Below are positions 1 to 7,900 of a stretch of 9,533 nucleotides of DNA, in pieces. The stretch comes from an uncultured Erysipelotrichaceae bacterium (GTDB taxonomy: Bacteria > Bacillota_I > Bacilli_A > Erysipelotrichales > Erysipelotrichaceae). Under the pieces are notes generated by a model. The model was given only the letters and a program-made list of their open reading frames with translations, did no database searches and had not been told where the DNA came from. The DNA lies in the NCBI GenBank assembly GCA_964457525.1, contig CAYWGS010000012.1:1-9533 (forward strand), given 5' to 3'. The position numbers and the translations under genes are program-made. Position 1 is the first letter of the stretch, and each line of letters opens with the position of its first letter.

Positions 1-399
1 AATAGTAGTTATTTAGATCAACGTATTCTTCATCAATATCTTATGGATAATAATTATGACGAACATTTGAGTAATATACGAATTCTGTATTCAAACAAAC
101 AAAGAGAAATGTTACTTGCTATTAATGAATACTTTCCTCAAAGTGTTAAAGTATATCATTCTGAAGGTGGAATGTTCTTATGGGTAGAGTTGCCCAAACA
201 TATTTCATCATTAGATATATTCTATGAAGCTGTTAAAGCAAAAGTTGTGTTTGTTCCTGGTGATCCATTCTATGTATCTAAGAAACATGTAAATACCTTT
301 AGATTAAACTATTCGAACGCATCCAGCGAAGAAGTTAGCGAAGGAATAAAACGATTAGGAAATTTAATTAAAGATAAACTAAAACAGATTGCTAAATAA
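1..399 (+). CDS. PLP-dependent aminotransferase (fold type I, class I/II), C-terminal fragment; 5' end lies outside the window
   Basis: Frame 1 is open from nt 1 (NSSYLDQRILHQYL precedes the Met at 43), so the ATG at 43 is probably internal. The C-terminal domain pattern is typical of class I/II aminotransferases: SEGGMFLWVELP, VVFVPGDPFY, NTFRLNYSNASSEEVSEGIKRLGNLI. The TAA stop at 397-399 lies in the loop of a terminator hairpin. Confidence 0.75.
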   Translation, partial: NSSYLDQRILHQYLMDNNYDEHLSNIRILYSNKQREMLLAINEYFPQSVKVYHSEGGMFLWVELPKHISSLDIFYEAVKAKVVFVPGDPFYVSKKHVNTFRLNYSNASSEEVSEGIKRLGNLIKDKLKQIAK

Positions 400-413
400 C
401 AATCTGTTTTTTT
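384..413 (+). terminator. Rho-independent terminator of the aminotransferase gene
   Basis: An 8-bp stem, acagattg (384-391) / caatctgt (400-407), encloses an 8-nt loop ctaaataa that contains the stop codon. A T-run follows through 413. Flanking A/T pairs can extend the stem. Confidence 0.7.
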
Positions 414-420
414 AATGTAT

Positions 421-444
421 AAAAAAAGCCAGAATAATCTGGCT
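421..444 (-). terminator. Rho-independent terminator downstream of tuf
   Basis: A 7-bp stem, agccaga (427-433) / tctggct (438-444), encloses the loop ataa and starts 13 nt after the tuf stop. On the - strand RNA the hairpin is followed by a U-run (complement of A421-A426). It faces the + strand terminator at 384-413. Confidence 0.7.
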
Positions 445-456
445 TTAATTGATTAA

Positions 457-1641
457 TTAAGCAATGATGGAAATAACGTTTCCAGCACCTACTGTACGTC
501 CACCTTCACGGATGGAGAAAGTAGTACCTTGTTCAACAGCGATAGGAGCAATCAATGTAACTTCCATTTCAACGTTGTCACCTGGCATAACCATTTCAAC
601 GCCTGCAGGTAGTTTGATAACACCAGTTACGTCTGTCGTACGGAAGTAGAATTGTGGACGGTAGTTAGCCACGAATGGAGTATGACGTCCTCCTTCTTCT
701 TTACTTAATACGTAAACTTGTGCTTTGAATTGTGTGTGAGGTTTAACTGAACCAGGTTTAGCTAAAACTTGTCCACGTTCGATTTCATCACGGTTAACAC
801 CACGTAATAGTGCACCAATGTTGTCACCAGCTGAAGCAAAGTCTAATAATTTACGGAACATTTCGATACCTGTAACAACAGTTTTCTTAGTGTCATGTAA
901 ACCAACGATTTCAACTTCTTCAGAAAGTTTTAACATACCACGTTCAACACGTCCTGTAGCAACAGTACCACGACCTGTAATTGTGAATACGTCTTCAACG
1001 CTCATCAAGAAAGGCTTGTCTGTTTCACGAACTGGATCAGGAATGTATGCATCAACAGCATCCATTAATTCTTGTAGCTTAGCTTCCCATTTAGGATCGC
1101 CTTCTCCACCTTTAAGTGCAGAACCACGGATAACTGGAGCATTGTCTCCATCAAATCCATTAGCTGTTAATAATTCACGAACTTCCATTTCAACTAAGTC
1201 GATTAATTCTTCATCATCAACCATGTCACATTTGTTCAAGAATACAACCATGTATGGTACACCAACTTGGTGAGCCAACAAGATGTGTTCGCGTGTTTGT
1301 GGCATTGGTCCGTCAGTAGCAGCAACTACTAGGATAGCACCGTCCATTTGAGCAGCACCAGTGATCATGTTCTTAACATAGTCAGCATGGCCTGGGCAGT
1401 CAACGTGAGCGTAGTGACGTTTTGCTGTTTGGTATTCAACGTGAGCAGTATTAATGGTGATACCACGTGCCTTTTCTTCAGGCGCTCCGTCGATTTGGTC
1501 GTATGCCATAACTTTAGCACCACCAGTTTTTGCAAGGTAGTGTGTGATCGCAGCCGTTAAAGTAGTTTTACCATGGTCAACGTGTCCAATGGTACCAATA
1601 TTTACGTGGGTCTTTGATCGGTCAAATTTTTCTTTTGCCAT
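457..1641 (-). CDS. tuf: Elongation factor Tu
   Basis: 394 aa, full length. GTPase motifs are present: GHVDHGKT (P-loop), DCPGH, NKCD and SAL. The N-terminus [32 protein letters not shown] is canonical EF-Tu. An AGGAGG RBS (complement of 1654-1659) lies 12 nt upstream of the ATG, and the stop is TAA. Confidence 0.98.
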   Translation of the reverse strand: MAKEKFDRSKTHVNIGTIGHVDHGKTTLTAAITHYLAKTGGAKVMAYDQIDGAPEEKARGITINTAHVEYQTAKRHYAHVDCPGHADYVKNMITGAAQMDGAILVVAATDGPMPQTREHILLAHQVGVPYMVVFLNKCDMVDDEELIDLVEMEVRELLTANGFDGDNAPVIRGSALKGGEGDPKWEAKLQELMDAVDAYIPDPVRETDKPFLMSVEDVFTITGRGTVATGRVERGMLKLSEEVEIVGLHDTKKTVVTGIEMFRKLLDFASAGDNIGALLRGVNRDEIERGQVLAKPGSVKPHTQFKAQVYVLSKEEGGRHTPFVANYRPQFYFRTTDVTGVIKLPAGVEMVMPGDNVEMEVTLIAPIAVEQGTTFSIREGGRTVGAGNVISIIA

Positions 1642-1686
1642 AATGCGTATTTTCCTCCTAATTGGTTATTGATAAAATGCAATTCT

Positions 1687-1715
1687 ATTTTATGCTAATC
1701 CACCTTATAAATCAA
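1687..1715 (-). promoter_or_regulatory. Candidate internal sigma-A-type promoter for tuf in the fusA-tuf spacer
   Basis: The - strand reads TTGATT (1710-1715), a 17-nt spacer, then TAAAAT (1687-1692), about 45 nt upstream of the tuf ATG. This is a match to the consensus only, in AT-rich DNA where such matches arise by chance. Confidence 0.35.
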
Positions 1716-1718
1716 GGA

Positions 1719-3797
1719 TTAGTTATTGCTTGAGTTCTTTTTAGCAACCTTTTCTGCAATAGACTTCGGAACTTCAGTGTAATGATCAAATGTCATTGCA
1801 TAAGTACCACGTCCTTGAGTAAAGGAACGTAAGTCAGTCGCATAACCGAACATTTCAGAAAGTGGTACTTCGGATTTAACGATAATCGCATTTCCACGTT
1901 CTTCTTGATCTTTAATTGTTCCACGACGACTAGAGATATCGCCCATAACTGAGCCTAAATATTCATTTGGTGCTGTAACTTCAACTGACATGATTGGTTC
2001 TAATAGAACTGGATCACACTTAGTAGCAGCTTGTTTAAACGCTAATGAACCAGCAACTTTATAAGCCATTTCAGATGAGTCGACGTCATGGTAGGAACCA
2101 TCGAATAATGTAGCCTTAACATCGATAACTGGGAATCCAGCGATTAAACCGTTGTTTAATGCAGCTTCGATACCTTCCATTGTAGGTTTGATATATTCAC
2201 GAGGAACTGTACCACCCACAATCGCATCAACGAATGTAAAGCCTTTACCTTTTTCGTTTGGTTCAAACTTAACCCATACGTGACCGTATTGTCCACGACC
2301 ACCGGATTGACGTACAAACTTACCTTCACATTCAGCCATCTTGCGGATTGTTTCACGGTAAGCAACTTGAGGAGCACCAACATTCGCTTCAACCTTGAAT
2401 TCACGTCTCATACGATCAACGATGATGTCTAAGTGTAATTCACCCATACCAGCGATGATTGTTTGACCTGTTTCTTGGTCTGTGTAAGTTTTGAATGTTG
2501 GATCTTCTTCAGCTAATTTACTTAATGCTAAGCCCATCTTATCTTGATCGCCTTTTGATTTTGGTTCAATCGCGATGTTGATAACTGGTTCAGGGAATGT
2601 CATGGATTCAAGAATGATTGCATTCTTTTCATCACATAGAGTATCACCTGTTGTTGTGTTCTTTAATCCAACTGCAGCCGCAATGTCACCAGAGTAAACT
2701 TGTTCAATTTCAGCACGGTGATTTGCATGCATTTGCATTAGACGTCCAAAACGTTCACGAGTATCCTTTGTAGAGTTAAATACATAAGATCCAGAAGTGA
2801 TTGTTCCAGAGTAAACACGGAAATAAGTTAGACGTCCAACGAATGGGTCAGTCATAACCTTAAATGCTAACGCAGAGAATGGTTCTTCATCACTGCTGTG
2901 ACGTACATCTTCTGTTCCATCCATCTTAACACCAGCGATTGCAGGAACATCAAGTGGGGATGGTAAGTAATCAACAACTGCATCTAACATTGCAGTAACA
3001 CCCTTATTTTTATAAGAAGCGCCACACAATACTGGGTGGAAATCACCTGTAACAGTTGCCTTACGAATTGCAGCTTTGATTTCCGCAACTGTAGGTTCTT
3101 CACCTTCTAAAACCTTCATCATAAGATCATCATCGAAATCAGCTACCATTTCAATTAATTGATTACGGTATGATTCAACGGATTCCTTCATTTCTTCAGG
3201 TACATCAGTGAATGTATCTTCTTTTGCTTTATCACCAGAGAAGATACGTGCCTTACGTTCAATAATATCAACTAAACCATCAAAGTAGTTTTCAACTCCA
3301 ATTGGTAATTGAATAGGCGCTGCTTTCGCACCTAAACGAGTTAATAAAGACTTATAAGACATATAGAAATCAGCACCAGTCGCATCTAATTTATTAACAT
3401 AAACGATACGAGGTACTCGGTACTTACTTGCTTGTCTCCAAACAGTTTCAGTTTGTGGTTCAACACCAGATTTACCATCGAGTACAGTAACTGCACCATC
3501 TAATACACGAAGTGAACGTTCAACTTCAACTGTGAAGTCAACGTGACCTGGGGTATCGATGACATTGATACGGTGACCTTTCCATGCAGCTGTAGTCGCC
3601 GCAGATGTAATGGTAATACCGCGTTCTTGTTCTTGGGCCATCCAGTCCATGGTAGCAGCACCATCATGAACCTCACCAATCTTGTGTGTTTTACCGGTAT
3701 AAAAGAGAATACGTTCCGTAGTAGTTGTTTTACCAGCATCGATATGCGCCATAATACCAATATTACGAGTATTCGCTAATGAATATTCACGTGCCAT
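1719..3797 (-). CDS. fusA: Elongation factor G
   Basis: 692 aa, full length. Motifs include [32 protein letters not shown] and NKLD, and domains II-V are collinear with EF-G (for example [16 protein letters not shown] and [14 protein letters not shown]). An AGGAGG RBS (complement of 3808-3813) lies 10 nt upstream of the ATG, and the stop is TAA. Confidence 0.98.
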   Translation of the reverse strand: MAREYSLANTRNIGIMAHIDAGKTTTTERILFYTGKTHKIGEVHDGAATMDWMAQEQERGITITSAATTAAWKGHRINVIDTPGHVDFTVEVERSLRVLDGAVTVLDGKSGVEPQTETVWRQASKYRVPRIVYVNKLDATGADFYMSYKSLLTRLGAKAAPIQLPIGVENYFDGLVDIIERKARIFSGDKAKEDTFTDVPEEMKESVESYRNQLIEMVADFDDDLMMKVLEGEEPTVAEIKAAIRKATVTGDFHPVLCGASYKNKGVTAMLDAVVDYLPSPLDVPAIAGVKMDGTEDVRHSSDEEPFSALAFKVMTDPFVGRLTYFRVYSGTITSGSYVFNSTKDTRERFGRLMQMHANHRAEIEQVYSGDIAAAVGLKNTTTGDTLCDEKNAIILESMTFPEPVINIAIEPKSKGDQDKMGLALSKLAEEDPTFKTYTDQETGQTIIAGMGELHLDIIVDRMRREFKVEANVGAPQVAYRETIRKMAECEGKFVRQSGGRGQYGHVWVKFEPNEKGKGFTFVDAIVGGTVPREYIKPTMEGIEAALNNGLIAGFPVIDVKATLFDGSYHDVDSSEMAYKVAGSLAFKQAATKCDPVLLEPIMSVEVTAPNEYLGSVMGDISSRRGTIKDQEERGNAIIVKSEVPLSEMFGYATDLRSFTQGRGTYAMTFDHYTEVPKSIAEKVAKKNSSNN

Positions 3798-3838
3798 GTG
3801 TGAGTAGCCTCCTTTCCTAGTTATTAATTATCTGCATC

Positions 3839-4309
3839 TTACCAACGGTAATGTGCAAATGCTTTATTCGCTTCAGCCATTCTATGTACATCGTCACGTT
3901 TCTTAACAGAAGCACCTGTTCCATTCGCCGCATCCATAATTTCGTTTGCTAAGCGTTGTTCCATTGTCTTCTCGTTACGTAAACGAGCATAGTTGACTAA
4001 CCAACGTAAACCTAAAGTTAAACGTCTTTCTGCTGAAACTTCAACTGGTACTTGGTAGTTAGATCCACCAACACGACGTGCTTTAAGTTCTAACATTGGC
4101 ATAATGTTGGATAATGCTTGTTCAAACACTTCCATTGGATTACGTCCAGTTTTTGCTTCAATTAAATCGAATGCATCATATAAGATAGTTTGTGCGATAC
4201 CGCGCTTACCATCAATCATAATTTTGTTAATCAAACGAGTAACAAGTTTAGAGTTGTAAATTGGATCAACTAATACATCTCTTTTAGCTATATAACCTTT
4301 TCTTGGCAT
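3839..4309 (-). CDS. rpsG: 30S ribosomal protein S7
   Basis: 156 aa: MPRKG...[33 protein letters not shown]...AHYRW, canonical uS7. A GGAGG RBS (complement of 4319-4323) directly abuts the rpsL stop codon, 9 nt upstream of the ATG. Confidence 0.97.
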   Translation of the reverse strand: MPRKGYIAKRDVLVDPIYNSKLVTRLINKIMIDGKRGIAQTILYDAFDLIEAKTGRNPMEVFEQALSNIMPMLELKARRVGGSNYQVPVEVSAERRLTLGLRWLVNYARLRNEKTMEQRLANEIMDAANGTGASVKKRDDVHRMAEANKAFAHYRW

Positions 4310-4323
4310 GATGTGTGACCTCC

Positions 4324-4743
4324 TTACTTCCCAGCTTTAGGACGCTTAGCGCCATAAAGTGAACGACCTTGTTTACGATTTGCTACACCAGCACAGTCGA
4401 GTGTTCCACGGATAATGTGGTAACGAACCCCAGGAAGATCCTTAACACGACCTCCTCTGATTAAAACAACGCTGTGTTCTTGTAGATTGTGTCCGATTCC
4501 TGGAATATAAGCTGTTACTTCCATTCCGTTGCTTAAACGAACACGAGCATACTTACGTAATGCTGAGTTTGGTTTCTTTGGTGTCATCGTACCAACACGT
4601 GTACAAACACCTCTCTTTTGAGGGGATGAAATATCAGTTGGACGACGTTGTAATGTATTCAAACCTCTGTTAAGAGCTGGAGATTTTGATTTGTACGTTT
4701 TATCAACACGGCCTTGGCTGATTAATTGGTTAATTGTAGGCAT
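4324..4743 (-). CDS. rpsL: 30S ribosomal protein S12
   Basis: 139 aa: MPTINQLI...[31 protein letters not shown]...[18 protein letters not shown], canonical uS12. An AAGGAG RBS (complement of 4750-4755) lies 6 nt upstream of the ATG. Confidence 0.97.
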   Translation of the reverse strand: MPTINQLISQGRVDKTYKSKSPALNRGLNTLQRRPTDISSPQKRGVCTRVGTMTPKKPNSALRKYARVRLSNGMEVTAYIPGIGHNLQEHSVVLIRGGRVKDLPGVRYHIIRGTLDCAGVANRKQGRSLYGAKRPKAGK

Positions 4744-4843
4744 ACGCTACTCCTTCCTTTCATTGCACACACTTCCGGGTGTGTCTAACTTTTCAACAAA
4801 ATGATATTTCCTTTTCAGGAAATGTCATTTCATAGGCTTATAA

Positions 4844-4872
4844 ATAATAAATCCTTTTAATTCTCTTGTCAA
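4844..4872 (-). promoter_or_regulatory. Sigma-A-type promoter of the str operon (rpsL-rpsG-fusA-tuf)
   Basis: The - strand reads TTGACA (4867-4872), a 17-nt spacer, then TATTAT (4844-4849). A T-rich stretch lies just upstream of the -35. The promoter sits about 100 nt upstream of the rpsL ATG. Confidence 0.65.
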
Positions 4873-4873
4873 C

Positions 4874-4912
4874 AAAATCTAGCAAGATACGCTAGAATTT
4901 CTAGCGTATCTT
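4874..4912 (-). terminator. Putative terminator/attenuator hairpin at the end of rpoC
   Basis: A perfect palindrome, aagatacgctag (4884-4895) / ctagcgtatctt (4901-4912), has a 5-nt loop and overlaps the rpoC stop (4911-4913). On the - strand RNA it is followed by GCUAGAUUUUGUU. The U-tract is displaced 6 nt from the stem, so this is not a textbook intrinsic terminator. Confidence 0.45.
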
Positions 4913-7900
4913 AATATTCTGTTTCTTCTTCTTTACCATCACGAATCATTTCAGGTGGTAAAGTAAGTTCTTCTTGTAATCTGCGATTAACTTCTTCGCG
5001 CTTTTCTTTCATTTCAGCTGCCATTCTCGTAATTTCGATCGAGCTTTCACGACTTGTATGTGAACCCGTTCCAGCAGGAATCAATTTACCGATAATAACG
5101 TTTTCCTTTAGACCCAATAAGTGGTCAACTTTGCCCTTAATCGATGCATCAGTTAATACTTTTGTTGTTTCTTGGAAGGATGCTGCAGATAAGAAGGAAT
5201 CTGTTTCAACCGAAGACTTAGAAATACCTAATAAGACAGGTTTGAAGGTTGCTGGACGTTTTCCACTCAATAAGACTTTCTTATTGATATTCGTAATGTT
5301 TGGTAAGCTTAATTGAACACCAGCACTTAAGTGTGTATCGCGTCCATCGGTTACTACAACTTTACGTAACATTTGCTTAATCATAACTTCAATATGCTTA
5401 TCAGAAATTTCAATACCTTGGCTTTGGTATACTTTCTTAACTTCCTTCATGATGTAGTTTTGTACACTGTGTACACCACCAACTTCAAGAAGTTCCTTAG
5501 GATCAATATGATCTTCCGTTAGTTTATCCCCTGCTTCAATGACAGTACCTTCTTTAATCCATGGTCTAATATGTTGTGTCAAGGATGCAAAGTGTTCAAC
5601 ATCTTCTTTTTCATTCGAGATAACAATTCTCATTAGTAAGTCTTTGTTACCACGAGATTCATCTGAACCTTCTTGAGTCTTGAATGATTCTAAATCACGA
5701 ATCTTCTTGAACTTTTGTTCTTCTGTATTTACAACAGATAGCAAGTAGGAATAGATATTTGGGTCAACCCCTTCAATTTTTGTTACTGTTCCAGAAATCT
5801 TAGCAAGTAGAGCTGGTTTCTTAGGACGACGTGCTTCAAACAATTCTTCAACACGTGGTAAACCTTGGGTGATATCTCCCCCTTCAGCTGCCGCTACCCC
5901 ACCAGTATGGAAGGTACGCATGGTTAACTGAGTACCAGGTTCACCAATGGATTGAGCGGCCATAATACCGATTGCTTCTCCAACTTCAACTTCTTTACCA
6001 GTTGCCATATTACGGCCATAACACTTCTTACATACACCGTAAATGGATTCACAACTAAATACCGTACGAATGAGAACTTTCTTAATACCAGCTTCTACAA
6101 TTCGACGAGCAATATCTTCAGTGACAAGTTCATCACTTTCAATGATTAATTCATTTGTCTTAGGATCATAGATATCTTCTTTAATATAACGTCCAACAAG
6201 ACGATCGTATAAACTTTCAATAATTGAGTTTGTCTTACGATCAACAATGTCTTCCATTACATAAGCACGATCTGTACCACAATCCTCTTCAGAGACAAGT
6301 ACATCTTGAGCAACGTCAACTAAACGACGAGTTAAGTATCCAGATTCAGCAGTCTTTAACGCTGTATCGGTTAGACCCTTACGAACACCGTGTGTAGAGA
6401 TAAAGAACTCAGACACGTTTAATCCCTTACGGAATGAAGAGTAGATAGGAACTTCGAATATGGATGTTGCATATTTACGTTCACGTAATGCTTCAACCTT
6501 AACGGCATCTCTAACTTCTGTTCCAACCGCTTCAGGTTGGTAAGCAACTTCGTTATCTTTAATTTCTAAGAAGCGCTTGTAAGTGATCTTGTTGGAATCC
6601 ACTAACTTCTTCGCTAGATCGAAGTAAGCTTTTTCAAGATCTGCACTATTGTCTTTTAATTGTTTCAATTCATCAGGACTTAAGTATTGAAGAATCTTTT
6701 CTGAATCAGATTGGATCAACTTACGTGTCTTAGAAATTAATTCACGACGTTGCCATTTTGTGATGTGTTCTTCTGTTACTTTATTTTCTGCAATCAAGTT
6801 ATCCGCAACACCACGGATTAATTCAAGGTTCTTGCCCTTAGCTTCTGCTAAGATTTCTGCTTGAATACCTGTTAATGAGTTACGAATTTCAGTCGCATCA
6901 GAAACCAACATTTCGATAATCAATTTCTTAGTATCTAAACGATCTAAGAACGCTTGATCAATACGATTTGCCTTAATAAGTTCTAAAGCGATACTGGAGA
7001 ATTGTTTACGTTCGATTTGATCGAGTTCATACGATTCACTAACTAGATTTAATACTTCTTTAGCACCTTCTTCTAAATAGCTAACAGTTTTAGAAACCAT
7101 TGCCTTAAGTGCTAAGTATTCATCTAATTGAGTCTGAGAGAAACGACCATCTTCAATAATTGCATCACTGATTGATTTGTATGAATCAGCTTTTAACTTC
7201 TTATCTTTGTGTTCATTTAAAGTCAAGATTTCTTCCGCACTGAGTAATTCAATGATGAAATCATCTTGGTTCTTTAAGCCTTCCACAATGACTTTACGTA
7301 GTTCAGCTTTATGTAATAATTCATCGTCAAGACGTAAATCATTCATTAAGCTTTCTACAAGTGGTTTTAATTCTTCTGAACGTTGTTTCTTACCTTTGAT
7401 GTTTTTAAGAATAATCTTATCATCATCACTCAATAGATCAACGATTTCAGGTGTAGCTAGAGATAAGTGTTCCGCTAATAAGGATGATTTTTCCTTACGA
7501 ATATCACTTTCTAGTTTTTGTAACATCGACATGGATACACGGTTTTCATCGACCAAGTGTTCAGATAATACATTGATGTATTCTTCTTTATTGGTACGTT
7601 TTAAACGTAGTGAATCAATATCTCTTGCTGAAGTTGCGTTCTTAATGAAACTACTTTCTTTTTCTAAGTGTTTCTTAATAAATTCAGGAACCAACAATAA
7701 CATATGCGCTTGTTGAACACGTTTTAAATTCAATGAACTATCATCCATCAAAGTTAACGCGAAATTACGCAATGCTTCATGATTCTTTGTACGATTAATC
7801 GTATGAAGTTCTAATTTTTGATCAGGATTCAATAAATCCACAATCATTTCAGATTCTTTACTTAAGAGTTCCATCACTGTAACGCGTAATTGACGTGAGA

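Noticed and set aside
464-3779. Antisense ORFs inside tuf (464-649, 818-1273, 1348-1560) and off-frame or antisense ORFs inside fusA (2156-2404, 3500-3760, 3543-3779).
   Set aside because: They overlap two of the most conserved genes known. They have Ser/Thr/Pro-rich or otherwise unnatural compositions and no translation signals, so they are shadow ORFs.
4324-4743. Streptomycin-resistance alleles in rpsL.
   Set aside because: The classic sites retain wild-type lysines (TPKKPNSA and [10 protein letters not shown]), so no resistance substitution is evident.
5829-5921. An SI3-like insertion in the trigger loop.
   Set aside because: The trigger loop is short and contiguous ([31 protein letters not shown]). 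No insertion is present at the E. coli SI3 position.
7177-7716. A 179-aa ORF on the + strand, antisense to the rpoC insertion. Similar antisense ORFs lie at 7996-8247, 5131-5316, 5952-6149 and 9214-9444, and a same-strand off-frame ORF lies at 9281-9529.
   Set aside because: The ORF lies entirely within the rpoC reading frame. Its Ser/Leu/Phe/Cys-rich, low-complexity sequence is what the complement of a Glu/Lys/Leu-rich gene yields. It has no RBS or promoter and no recognisable motifs, so it is a shadow ORF.
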